A DNA stretch of 64,000 nucleotides from Octopus vulgaris (lineage: Eukaryota): assembly GCA_951406725.2 (NCBI GenBank), contig OX597815.1:67704001-67768000 (forward strand). Reading direction: 5' to 3'. The notes under the pieces are model-generated. The model saw only the letters and a list, made by a program, of their open reading frames with translations, was not told the DNA's origin and made no database searches. A program made the translations under genes and the position numbers. Shown here in pieces: positions 29,072-42,149 of this stretch. The stretch's first letter is position 1. Every line of letters begins with the position of its first letter.

Positions 29072-29486
29072 CATATATGTATGTATGAAACGCATGTATG
29101 TATGTATGTATATGTATACACATGTATATATATATATATAGAGAGAGAGAGAGAAAGAAAGAAAGTACGAACGAGAGAGGGGAAAGAAAGACTGAGAGAG
29201 ATAGATAAATACATATATATTCGTATATATGGCTATGCGTATGTGTGTTTAAAAGGGACATAGAAACCACCAATGACGAATTAACTATTTATAGTCATAG
29301 TTTTATAATTACAGTTTATCATTGTTGAGTGTTTGAGAGATTTGCCGAAGGAAATAAAGCAAGATATTTGTCTCCAGAGAAATACATGTTAACTGGCAGA
29401 CACACTTGAGGTATGGTAAGTGTTACTTGTTATAATGTATCCGATAAATGGGAAAATGAATATGTTTTAAGTTAATTACTAGCTAC

Positions 29487-29521
<35 letters not shown>

Positions 29522-29996
29522 TAGATACATACATACATACGCACACACATATATCCAGATACAGATACAGATATGTATACATATATGTGTATTTTTGTTG
29601 TTGTTGCTGTGTGTGTATACATATACATATGATAATATAGGAATATATTAATGTATGGATGTGCGTATATTGTGTGTATATATGTGTGTGTATGTGTGCG
29701 TGTCTATATATGTATGTGTGTGCTTGTGTACGTATGCATACATACGCCAGTGTGTATTGTTGTTTATGTCAGTATGTGTGTGTGTGTGTGTGTGACAGAG
29801 AAAGTATAGGCATTTTTATGTGTATGTGTGTATGCATGTCAGCATCTGGGTTTGTAAGTGTTTTTTATGAATGCAGTTTTCAAATTTCATTAAACATATT
29901 CATTACCTACACGGTTAACGGGAATTAGATACACACGTGAGCGCTATATTTTTTCCTTTAACTGAAATTATAGATATATTACATATTATATATATA

Positions 29997-31620
29997 TCCT
30001 GCTCTACCCACACCAAGCTCTCCATCCCCTATTCCCAATTTCTCCGTCTGCGCAGGCTCTGCAGTGGCAAACATGACTTTGAGACTCAGTCTCAACTCAT
30101 GGCTCGCCACTTAATCCTACGTGGATATCCCCTCACCACTATCCATACTACCCTTACAAGGGAACGTTCCGTGGACCGTGCCACTGCTCTTTCTCCCCGC
30201 ACCCGTCCCGCCATTGCCCGTCTCCCTTTCCCCTAACCTACCACTCTTCACCTTGTCCCTCCTACGCACCATTCTCCAAGCCTTCCGGCGACTCCAGTCC
30301 AACCCCTCCACCTCACACATCTTCCTCATCCTACCCCTTCCCTCCTTCAAACGAGCCCATAACCTGCGTGACCACAGTTTCTTCCCTAATGCCACCTCCC
30401 AGCTAGGTTCGCTCCCCTGCTCCTGCTCACGTTATCGCACCTGCCCCTATCTCTCCGACACCATTATCCTCACAGGCACCCATCATTGTCCCTACCACAT
30501 CACTGACTCCTTTACCTGCACTTCTAGTTATGCCATTTACTGCATCTCCTACCCTTTCTGCCCTTCCTTATACATCGGTCAAACGGGACGCCGCTTGGCT
30601 GATCGGTTCGCAGAGCAACTCCGAGACATCAGACTCGGTAATGACACTCCAGTTTCGAGCCATTTCCGCTCTACTGGTCATTCACTACAGCATCTGTCTG
30701 TGTTCAGACCGTCAATGCACAGGGACATCCGGACTCCCGCCTTCACCGTGAACAAGCTTTAATCTCTTTTCGCTCCTTTGCACCACATGGACTCAATTCC
30801 CATCCTCTCTTCATCTGAAACCTACCTCTTCTCTTCATTGATACCAACCTACACCACTCCACACACATACTAGCACTGACCACTTCCCAGCACCCACACT
30901 ACACCATCATCCACACCCCCACACAATCTTCAATACCGTCACCACATATACTACCATATGAGCAGTCACACATACTGTTTAACTCAGTACACACACCACC
31001 CACCATCATGCACACTCCCACACACATATGCATACACACGCAACACGCATTAACACATACTACATACATAGACAGAGATAATTCACGCCCACATATATAT
31101 ACCATACACATGCACACTGCTTAGTCACACACACACATGTACACACACCACGTGAAAAAGCACACCTCAACTGCTGCACAAAACACACACATACACGTTA
31201 CAGATGCACACACTTACGCACACACCCACACATTACAGACGCACGCACTTACTACACACACACACGTCAATGTCACTAGTCCCTATTCACACAAACACAC
31301 ACACACAGTGACACACACCATTCTCACATACACACTCACACTCGCGCACCTTCATTTGGGATCAACAGCACTTTAGAATCTCCCTTTCTTTGAACTCCAT
31401 TTTATTATTATTATCTCCTTTTCTTTCAATCATTTTTTCTAATTATTCACCATGTTGGACCGCTAAATCTACAAAATCTTTTAATTCTTTCTCTGTTTAT
31501 TTTGGATAGGCTCGAAACGTAAAGGCCTTTTTTTTATTTTCCCGAGCCTCAAACTAATACACCTACTTGCTGTTCATACACCTGTCTTCGTCTTTTATTT
31601 TTCTAGAAATTCCAACTATA
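29997..31620 (+). mobile_element. 5'-truncated Neptune-like Penelope element: RT thumb, Cys linker, GIY-YIG endonuclease, CA-rich 3' region, pLTR remnant
   Basis: HTKLSIPYSQFLRLRRLCS..RGYP; PCSCSRYRTC; FTCTSSYAIYCISYPFCPSLYIGQTGRRLADRF; PHGLN. The 3' half of a hammerhead motif (GGCTCGAAACGTAAAGG) is at ~31508. Confidence 0.9.
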
Positions 31621-31698
31621 TATGTATATCTATACAAGTTCTCGATCCCAAAACAGAAAATAAACTGCTTTTACTTCAACTTTTTATAAAATTTTACT

Positions 31699-31738
31699 AA
31701 TATTTGATAAGATGATCTTCATCGAAACAGGTAATATT
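31699..31738 (+). ncRNA. Degenerate minimal hammerhead-like motif
   Basis: AATAT-tTGATaA-GATG atctt CATC-GAAA-CAGG-TA-ATATT, with two core transitions. Confidence 0.4.
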
Positions 31739-32459
31739 TTATTTATATAATTTTTAGAAATCATTTCCCTCTTAAATTGAAATGTCTTAGACTTACATCT
31801 GCATTATTCCCATTTATATACATATACATACATGACATGCATATCTATCTGGTTGTACATGCATATGCGTGTGTATGCGTGTGTGTATGTGTGTGTATTT
31901 GTGTGTATGTATGTGTGTGCGCGCACGTATTTGTATGCATATATATAAAACATGTAAACATAAGAGACTGGATTGAGCAAACACATTACTGTATAACATT
32001 ACAATTGTTTCATCTTCATTTTATTAGCAGATTATTGCTGAGATATTATTACATAATATATACATTAAATTCATTGCATTACATCCATACTATTGGAGCA
32101 ACACTGAAATATATTTTAATCTATTTTATTCTATAAGTTAAGAAGATAGTAGACTGGTCTGTTGTGATGAGTAACTGAAATATGACAATTGCCCATTAGA
32201 AAGAAGTACCATACTTACAAAGGGATATGGTGCATGGCATGTTTTATCTGTCTGGTTATTTATTGGTCTATTGTTTTCTTTATTCACCCTTTATTTTCTA
32301 AACTGTACATGGAGTTAACAATTTAACGGTGTTTGTTTTTATCTTTTGAACGTGCTAATGTAAATATTCTGTGGAGAACGGTTGAATTTAGCAAAAGTCT
32401 TCCGTTCTTACCTGAGGAGTCTTTATTCGCCAGTGTTTTATATATATGTGTGTGTGTAC

Positions 32460-32498
<39 letters not shown>

Positions 32499-32508
32499 CA
32501 TACATACA

Positions 32509-32540
<32 letters not shown>

Positions 32541-33064
32541 CTTATATATATATATATATACATACACATACCCACACACATATATACATAAATAGTACAT
32601 TTATATACGTATATATATATATCCTAAATACGTTCACGCACGCTTAGATAAAGGACCTTGCTTCTGTCGGCTTCCGAATAACTAGACGCCACCAGTTTCA
32701 TGTTCAGTCACGCGGTGCAAGAAATTCCCCTTTCGAACCGAGCTGGTGCGTACACCCCGTGTAACTCCCGTTGACCAGGGTTAAAATTGCCGTCAGATTT
32801 TTTTTTAAATCCAACGTTTCGGAAAGGTCCTTCCTAAGGCAAAAGTTGACAGAATTGGAAATAAAGAGAGAGAGAGAGAGAGAGAGAGACCAAAGTTTTA
32901 CATCTAAATTAATAAAAAAAATCGTTGCCATTGGTGACTCAAAATCACATTTACTTCAAGAAGGACACTGTCCTAAATGTTTGATATACCACTCCCAAAG
33001 GCTAGTTCATTGTACCCTTTTTCAATTGTATATATACGTATATATACATACATACAGACATACA

Positions 33065-33144
<80 letters not shown>

Positions 33145-33146
33145 CA

Positions 33147-34369
33147 CAAGATCTTGCAGGTAGACGGAGACCAACTTTAAGCAGTTGATTTAAAGGATTT
33201 AACATTTCATTTTTGGGAAAAAACTTGCTTGCTTGAAAATCTAATCCTCCTCTCTATTTTTTAGGTAAATAGCAAACTGAATCGACAACAGAAAGGCATG
33301 GGACAACATAATCGTTCCGCCATTGTTCTGGCGAGCGCCGGGCACAAAGCCAATAAAATTGTTAAGCTGACAAAACTTCCAAAAGCAAGTTATCATGTGT
33401 ATAAAGAATTTAAAAAAGAGGAAAAGATTGATAGAAAAGAACACTAGACTTGAAGTGATTCGAAGCGCAATCCAAAGTTTCTTAAACACTCGACTGAAGC
33501 CAACCCATCTACATTCATAACAACTCTTGCAAAAACACAACGTGTCCCTTTTCATGATGTCCAGAGCTGGGAACAGGAACCTTGGCATGACTAGTTATGT
33601 TCGACGATGCGGTCACCTCCTAACAGCCGGGCCAAAGCAAACAGAGCTGAGAAATGCCCAAAGCTTCGGTTATTCATCAAGCATCATGGTGCAGGAAAAA
33701 CTCACGTGTTTCTTGACGAGAAGTTCACTGTAGACACTGAGGTGAGTCGCAGAAATTCTCGAGTGATTGCATACAAGCCTTCTGACCTCCCCCTGTGTTT
33801 GAGACTAAGAATCCTGCCTCTGTTATTGTATTAGGAGCCGTAGCGAGTGATGGAAATGTCATGGATTCAAAGGAGTATCTAGATATCCTGAAGAACTATC
33901 TGTTACCTTGGATGCAGCAAAGATTTGGGTTTGACAATGTGGTGCTTATTCAGGATTCTGCACCATGCCATGTGTCAAAAGCAACACAGGCCTTCCTTAG
34001 TGAGAAGGTGCTACTTTTTTAGGGCCAACATCTGGCCCAGTAATAACCGAGATCTGAATTTTCGCGATGCTTTTTATGAGGCATACTTCAAGCAAAGACC
34101 AATGCTTCACCACACACAAGTGTCAATAGTTTGAAGACCTGCATCGTTCGTGGGACACGCAAAGCCAAAAGGATGGAGGTTGTGGCAGCTGAAAAACAAT
34201 TCGTTCTCGTGTGAAGTTAGTAATTTCCCAAAAAGGCAACCATATTGAGTGATAAATATTTTTGTTGCAATAAATGTTACATTTAAATTGTAATTATCTA
34301 ATACCAATATTGTAGTAATTATAACCAGTTTTATGCATCGTATAAATTATCTCTATCTGCGAGACCCTG
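33147..34369 (+). mobile_element. Decayed DD37D (maT-type) Tc1/mariner transposon with both ends
   Basis: Ends CAAGATCTTGCAGGTAGA / TCTATCTGCGAGACCCTG-TA. Translation FLDEKFTVD..KNPASVIVLGAVASDG..LIQDSAPCH..IWPSNNRDLNFRD. Confidence 0.85.
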
Positions 34370-34724
34370 TATTAATATATATATATATATATATGAATAA
34401 AAAATGGAGTTAACGCAGGTGTAAACAAATATTTTTACTTTTGACACATGTTTCGAAAATTCCACTGATACTATTCAAAAGAATAAATGGTATAAACAAT
34501 GCAATCTTCTCTTCGGGGAAGTGAAAAAAAACGAAACTCGTCAATACGACATTTTAGCAAAAGATGATGGATTTGTATAGCGATAGACAGAACGCTACTA
34601 ATATTGTTTAAAAAATCGTTATATGATATAACGTCATAAGTAGCTAACAGAAAGAGTAGGGATATTAATAGTGAATGTTAAATATAAAGGAAATTAAAGT
34701 TTAAATTATATATAATGATAGAGA

Positions 34725-35474
34725 CTACTTATATGCACTAAATGTATGTTTTTGCCAATGCTTACATCTGTATGCTCGCTCTATAACCGTGTTTACTAGA
34801 GTATTTTTAGAAAAAATAATGAAAAATAGCTCAGAATTGCAGAGAAGACGGAATTTCTTGCCTTTGTCATATGGTATCGAAATTGAGAGGATCAACCATT
34901 CTAAATGAAATTGTTCATTGTGGTCTTTTAAATCCCAAATCAGTTTGCTGAGACCGGTACTATTCCGTTTATTTCTATCCCTAAATGTTGAGTAATGGAT
35001 AGAAATTCTTTTAGATAACTCTAACGATGTGCTTCCAATGTAAAATCGTACTTTATTACGAGTAGTGATTATACACTGGTATATAGAATTTTTAATCTTA
35101 GAGTTACTTGACATAAATTTAATTCTATTGGAATTGACTTCAGATACAATAACCTTGTTATTAATATTTCTAGAGGGTTGGATGGTATTAGCTAAATTAA
35201 TGTTAGTATTAGTAAATGTATTAATATTTAACAGTTTGCTACTATGAGAAGATATAATTTACAAGAGGTTTTTTGTGTTTGAAAAACCTATCCTAACCTT
35301 ATGTGAATTAATTATAGAATAATATCTAGAATTGTTTGGAAAATTCCTAGCAATAGCTTGACGAAACAGCAGTGGGAGATTAGATTTAATTTGTCTCCCG
35401 TAAGGAATTATTAACCAAATATTTTTACTAGTATTCATAGCGTAATTAATTTTGAAGGTGTTATATTTTTTCAC
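34725..35474 (-). pseudogene. PLE C-terminal region with GIY-YIG endonuclease (one in-frame TAA at 35259-35261)
   Basis: The ORFs at 35259-35474 and 34725-35114 share a frame: ..VRIGFSNTKNLL*IISSHSSKLL..SIYQC..FYIGST..KRISIH..TGLSKLIWDLK..LCNSE..RCKH. This is a Naiad-like GIY-YIG pattern. Confidence 0.85.
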
Positions 35475-35558
35475 TTTCCCGAAGAGAAGATTGTATTGTT
35501 TATACCATTTATTCTTTTGAATAGTATCAGTGGAATTTTCGAAACATGTGTCGAAAGT
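35473..35558 (+). ncRNA. Type-I hammerhead ribozyme candidate (U4C core variant)
   Basis: ACTTTC-CCGAAGA-GAAGATT..AATTTTC-GAAA-CATGTG-TC^-GAAAGT: perfect 6-bp stem I, 7-bp stem II, palindromic ACATGT in stem III, GUC triplet. Confidence 0.8.
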
Positions 35559-35746
35559 AAAAATATTTGTTTACACCTGCGTTAACTCCATTTTTTATTC
35601 ATATTATTCAAATATTCAACGTAAATACGAAGTTTCTACCTTTATAAACAAGGAGTTACAATAACTTTACTTGTGAGATTTTTGCTGCCCTGGTAACTAT
35701 TTATTTATTTTTCCGTGTTAATTGTTAACAAGGTAAAAATACACTC

Positions 35747-35813
<67 letters not shown>

Positions 35814-35819
35814 CATACA

Positions 35820-35860
<41 letters not shown>

Positions 35861-36140
35861 TAAGATATAACGATAAATTAATATATAAATTAAATATGAT
35901 ATATTAAATACGTTTTAGCATAGGTGGCTAAAGCAGATAAAAAACAAAAAGATAGAATACATATTTAAGGGTGCAAAATAGCACCTACAATTGCCGGAAA
36001 TAGTAGTTAAATATTTAACTTTAATAGCCACACAAAATCACAAATCTCATGAGCTGTTCAAAGGGACTGCAAGCGGCAAGCTACATCTTTCTCCAGCGAG
36101 ATAGAACTATATCTATCTATCTATCTGTCTATATATATAT

Positions 36141-37043
36141 ACAAAATAAGAAAATGGAGGAATACACTTTAATCAATCATCAACTACCAGATAATACCCA
36201 TTCACATAATTTATTAACCAACTACATAGGAACATCAAGATCAAACACAATAATACAGAACAAAACAGTACACATCAATGAGTAATATGATACCATAAGT
36301 ACAATACATATAAATAAATATAAATAAATATAAATATAAATATAAACTAGATCTTACAGCTGTTTCAGCCATGTAGATAGGAATATCTCATTATGCTCAT
36401 ATTAGCCAGGTGTGTTAAGGTAATATGTGGTTATAAATGAGATACTTACATATATATCCCAAGGCCTCTTCAGAGATTATAAAGTACAATTCAAATATGA
36501 ATATAAGAGAAGGTACACATATACAAGAATAAGTACATATACATAATATACACATACATATAAGTGCATATACACATGTAAGTATCTCATTTATAACCAT
36601 ATATTACATTAACACACCTGGCTAATATGAGCATAATGAGATACTCCTATCTACATGGCTGAAACAGCTGTAAGATCTAGTTTATATTTATATTTATATT
36701 TATTTATACGTATTGTACTTATGGTATCATATTACTCATTGATGTGTACTGTTCTGTTCTGTATTATTGTGTTTGATCTTGATGTTCCTATGTAGTTGGT
36801 TAATAAATTATGTTAATGGGTATTATCTGGTAGTTGATGATTGATTAAAGTGTATTTCTCCATTTTCTTATTTTCTATTATGAATTTGAGGTAAAACATT
36901 TTACCTTCACCCATATAATACAACAAATGAATTAATTGCATTGCAATTCTTAGCATTCATGTATTAACTTTACTGGGTGCTTTACTGGCAGTATATTGGA
37001 TATATGTTATCCCATAAAGGGTTACACTCACAACCCCTATCTC

Positions 37044-37048
<5 letters not shown>
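36141..37048. mobile_element. Non-coding PLE-like element with ~300-bp inverted arms in (TA)n
   Basis: ~36143-36452 is a near-identical inverted copy of ~36575-36874, followed by a unique tail ending in (TA)n. Confidence 0.85.
36351..36477 (-). ncRNA. Type-I hammerhead ribozyme candidate with ~95-nt stem II insertion
   Basis: Minus strand: ATCT-CTGAAGA-GGCC...GGCT-GAAA-CAGCTG-TA^-AGAT. All core nucleotides are intact and stem III is the palindrome ACAGCTGT. Confidence 0.8.
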
Positions 37049-37117
<69 letters not shown>

Positions 37118-37249
37118 AATAAATGGTGGGGTTGTGTTGACCGCACGTGGAGAAATGATAAGCAAGGAAAAATTGTAAAAATGCAGAATGCTAAATTGAA
37201 AGAAAATTTTAATGAAATGAGAAATTGAAAAAATATATAAATATATATT

Positions 37250-37291
37250 TATTCAAACCGGTTTTCGTCATAGTGGGACTTATCAAGAATA
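37250..37291 (-). ncRNA. Degenerate minimal hammerhead-like motif
   Basis: Minus strand: TATTC-tTGATaA-GTC ccactat GAC-GAAA-ACCGGT-TT-GAATA. Lies next to inverted repeats 37326-37380 / 37656-37710. Confidence 0.5.
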
Positions 37292-38078
37292 GTTATGTAA
37301 AAAAAGTTTTTTTTTTAAATGAGAAAGGGGAAAAAAGAAAGTTGCATTGTTTTTTGCAAAAGAATAATAATAAATATGTACAAAAATTAAAAAATAAGTA
37401 CTCCGATACATTGTGAGTTCGTTGTGTATCTTGAGTTTAATGATTGTTAACGAAAAAGTTACCTTGAGGTATTAGGATCCAATGGGATTAAGTCCATGTG
37501 TTGTTTGGTTTAATTAAGGATGTTGGCAAAAACAGGAAGTAGTAGTAATTGTGGTTCTTCAGTTCCTGTGTTGTGAGTAAGGGGTGACAACTCTTTTGAG
37601 TTCTTCAATTTTTGTTTCACAAAATCCCCTGTAATAAAGGCTGCTAATAAACCCCTACATATTTATTATTATTCTTTTGCAAAAAACAATGCAACTTTCT
37701 TTTTTCCCCTATATATATATAAAATCTACAAATGCTAGAAATAAGAGCTAAAAATATTACTCGAATAGCTACACAAAATCACCAACCTCATGAGATGTTC
37801 AAAGAGACTGCGAGCGGTAAACCACAACATCTTTCTCCCGCGAGATAAAATTCGCTGAATCAAATAATTTGATATGACCCTATCATATGATTTCGAAATT
37901 TAACCAATAAAGTTTCGTGTCTCCTCGGGAGAATCCACAAATTACTCCGGGTTAAAGAGATAGCTTGCTTCCCATTAGCTCATGAGGGGTTCCGCTGAGG
38001 ATATATATATATATATGTATGTATCTATGTATCTATGTATGCATGTATAGCGAGAGAGGGGGAGAGATAGACAGACAA

Positions 38079-38161
<83 letters not shown>

Positions 38162-38229
38162 CTTTAAAAGTGAACTAGTGTTAGACAGATAGGTGTGTAG
38201 GTAGGTAGGTAGGTAGGTAGGTAGGTAGG

Positions 38230-38318
<89 letters not shown>

Positions 38319-38951
38319 TCAATAAAATTTATAACCGAGGGTTAATTCAAGCAAAGGTACTGCAGTCATACTCACTCTTTTAGACATATCCACATGAGAA
38401 ATTTGACTCAAATGTCCGAATACGTATGGCAATTAAAAGAAATTATTTTCAATTATAACGTCAAATAGAGCGTTACAGGGTGTGATAAATATCCCTGTTA
38501 TATTTCACACGGCTGTTGTTGTGACGTAGTGATGTAAGCAGGTGTTTATGTTGCCTTGAAGTAGCTAATGTTTTGTTGCTTTGTCGTTCTTTCTCAATTA
38601 CCATTCCTCTCTGATCCGGCGAACACTATGCGTTTGTTATTGAAATGCATGGTTGTTGCGAAACTCCAAATCCTATTTAAAGTCATTGTCTCTAAATTTT
38701 TAGAAGGAGGGACACTTTGAAACAAGGTATTTCATAACTGTGTCACACCACAACTACCTGATTAACTATAGCGGCAAATAAACTCCTAAACAGAGGACTG
38801 TCTTTCTCACTCATATACCTTCTTGTTATTTGAATGTAAGTATAAGACTCAGATACATATATATATATATATATGCGTGTGTATGTGTGTGTACATATAT
38901 CATACATGTATGTATGTATGTATGTATGCATGCATGTACGTGTGTACATTA

Positions 38952-41067
38952 CACTGATCAGCAAAGACTTTGTCACAAGAAAAATAATACCTGTATCGTG
39001 TATGTTTTTGTATGCAGAATTCAAAAATAATGTCAAATTATCTGTATCACCCAGTTTCTCTGTTCCCCGATATCCATCTCAGTTCCTGTTACGTGAGCTA
39101 AATTTTAGTTAAGCTGTTGAAATGTGAAGTTAACGGTTTAAGAAATACTTCCAATTTAATTGTTTATCAATAGAATTAACCTGATGAAATCATAAATCTA
39201 GCTATCTGAGTCAATGTGTCACCGAAGCTTGGCAACACTAAGTCGATGAGTCACGGTGCTTTGTCAGTACTGTGCTTGAAGTGTAGGCGTGCGGTTTTGT
39301 ACTATGTTCACATATTCCATTCACCTTTATAATGCAAAGAAACTGTATAAACATCGCAAACATCGCAAGCAACTTTTCCTATATTTGCGATGACTTTAAC
39401 ATTCAAGTCACAAAGACAGCGCTTCATGCCATTGATAAAGAAGTGCTATGAGCATTATTTTGACTGAAAAGTGGGTGACCAGGATAAAAACTGGGTCCCT
39501 CATGTGTGTTGTGTAACCTGTGTCAGGCATGGACTTTGAGCCTAACTGTTCTTCAAGTGAACCACATTTGTTGAGTCAGGAAGATCTGAATGATCTTGTG
39601 CGGGATTTAAAATTGTCTAAAAAGCAAGCTGAACTTCTTGGTTCCAGGTTAAGGAGCTAGGATCGTCTCCAGAAAGAGAGCAAAGTTAGTTTTTATAGTG
39701 CTCGACATTGTGATTTTGCAAATTTTTTTCTCACTTGAGGATGGTGTGGTGTTTTGTAATGATATATATTCTGTTATGGAAGAACTTAACCACAAATATA
39801 GCACGAATAAGTGGAGTTCGTTTATTGACTCCTCAAAAGTAAGCTTGAAAGCAGTTTTACTCCACAATGGAAATAAGTTTCCTTCTGTTCCTCTAGCCCA
39901 TGCGGCTAACATGAAGGCAACATGTAAGAGTATGACGCTTCTGTTGCAAAAGAAAGTATGAGAAACATAAGTGGAATATTTGCGGTGGCCTTAAGGTTTG
40001 ACACTTTTACTTGGAATGCAGCTGGGTTACACCAAGTTTTGTTGCTTTCTCTGTGAGTGGGACAGTCGGGTTAAGAAAAATCATTATGAAAAGAACATGT
40101 GGCCGAAACGATCTCTGACTCCTGGACAGAAGAATGTCATCAATTCTCCCCTTATTAATTCTGAGAAAATTTATCTACCTCCTTTGCATATTAAGCTAGG
40201 GTTGATGAAAAATGTCGTCAAAGGACTGACAAAACATTCACGTATTTGAAAACTAAATTTCCAAGAGTAAATGACGCAAAAAACAAGGAAGGTGTTTTTG
40301 TTGGGATACAGATTAGGGAGCTGATGAGAGACCAAAAGTTTGAGGAAGAGCTCCATGATGTTGAAAAAGCTGCGTGACTATCATGTATAGCAGAGAACTA
40401 TTCTGACATTATGAAAGAGCTACTCACATCATACAAGGCCTTGGGAGGCAATATGAGCCTAAAAATCCACTTCTTGGACTTTCACTTGAACTTTTCCCCT
40501 GCAAATTTTGGGGCTTTCAATGGCGAGCACAGCGAGAGGTTTCACCAGGACATTCTGAACACGGAAACTTGGTACCAAGGAAAGTGGAGCTCTTCTATGT
40601 TGGCTGATTTATTGTTAGTCACTAAGAACGTTCCAGAAGAAAAAATACAGTCGAAAATCATACGCCTCTACGTTTTAAAGGTAAGTTTCCTTGTAATATC
40701 AACCTGATTTTAAAATTCATGAAATACAGTTGTTTAACAATTTACATATGCTGTCACAGAAAAACTATGACTTGTAGAAAAAATCTGAAAACACCACTTG
40801 AATTCTGAAGATAAAATGTTATTAAGTTCACCTACTTTTGTTTGTGGGACAGAATTTTTCATTAATTCTGTTGACCAGTTATAATTGTCAGCTTTATTTC
40901 TGCATTAATATAGTACATTTATTGTGTAATTTAATTACTCTGTCACATAAAAACAGGCTTGATGGTAAAATTCTAAAAACAGATTCGAAATCTGCGTTAA
41001 AGTTACTATAAAGTTCACTTTCTTTAGTTCAAGGGAAAGCAAAATGTTCGAATTTTGTTGACCAGTG
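38952..41067 (+). mobile_element. Chapaev3-like (CMC) DNA transposon, decayed, both termini present
   Basis: TTA|CACTGATCAGCAAA...TTTGTTGACCAGTG|TTA (TIR plus 3-bp TWA TSD). Motifs DQDKNWVPHVCCVTC, FIDSSKVSLKAVLLHNGN, GYTKFCCFLCEWDSR, PPLHIKLGLMKN, SLKIHFL..EHSERFHQDI. Confidence 0.88.
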
Positions 41068-41196
41068 TTATTTGTATAATCAAGCAGAGGTTATTAAATA
41101 ACTCAAGGGCCGATCGTTTCATGAATTGCAATTATTAACCCACTCTCACTCTTTCCCTCTCATTCTCTCACTCACTCACTCTTTATCTATCTATCA

Positions 41197-41227
<31 letters not shown>

Positions 41228-41263
41228 TGTGTGTGTGTATATACATATATACACATATATATG

Positions 41264-41308
<45 letters not shown>

Positions 41309-41808
41309 TTGTGAATTCTTTTATAACCTGTACGACCTAATTCTAATTATTTCCAAATTTTGTTATCTACATTTTTGTTATACTAATTTATTTTCTTTTT
41401 AACTCCTTATGCCCACCCATTTTAGCTTTTCCTTTCTCTCACTCTATCTCTCCCTCTCACACACGTACCCACAGTACATACACAGTCATATATTATTGGA
41501 AAACTCTTTAATTTATCATTCAACGCTTTCAATTCAATTATTGTTAAAGTACTGATAAATGAAAATAAATCATTTTAATTCTTCCATCATTATTCCCGTT
41601 CTATACTTTTCCTTAATGTTAAAAAGGAAGTGAATTGTTTTGAATTTTTTCTTTTTTAAAAACGATTATGGTTATAAGATATATGCTGATGATTGAATAA
41701 TTAAAATTTGATTTATCGTCATCAAACTGTAAATGTATATATATATATATACATATATGTTTGCGTGTGTATGTATGAATATATATATGTATATATACAT
41801 ATATATAT

Positions 41809-41885
<77 letters not shown>

Positions 41886-41890
41886 TAGAC

Positions 41891-41982
<92 letters not shown>

Positions 41983-42149
41983 GGATGGATAGATATACAT
42001 ATATACGTGTGTATTAGTTGAATTTTATATGTTTATTTCGATGATTGAAATTTTTCATGGTGTTCACATTGTTCATGGGAGTTACTGCATTGGAAAAATT
42101 TGGTATTGCAAAATAGCTTGCCTGAAGCGAATTCATGATCAAGAGAAAA

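Larger units (their letters stand above)
34391..35755. mobile_element. Naiad-like Penelope element fragment in (TA)n, with the GIY-YIG region between inverted hammerhead-bearing repeats
   Basis: 34391-34529 is an inverted copy of 35466-35604. The enclosed minus-strand frame encodes a PLE C-terminus. Confidence 0.85.

Noticed and set aside
29314-29421. Possible exon (TTACAG acceptor, GTAAGT donor)
   Set aside because: All three frames contain stops and no partner exons are evident. A non-coding exon cannot be assessed without RNA data.
32805-32850. Hammerhead-like CTTAGGA-AGGA cctt TCC-GAAACGTT on the minus strand
   Set aside because: The core is altered and there is no convincing stem I.
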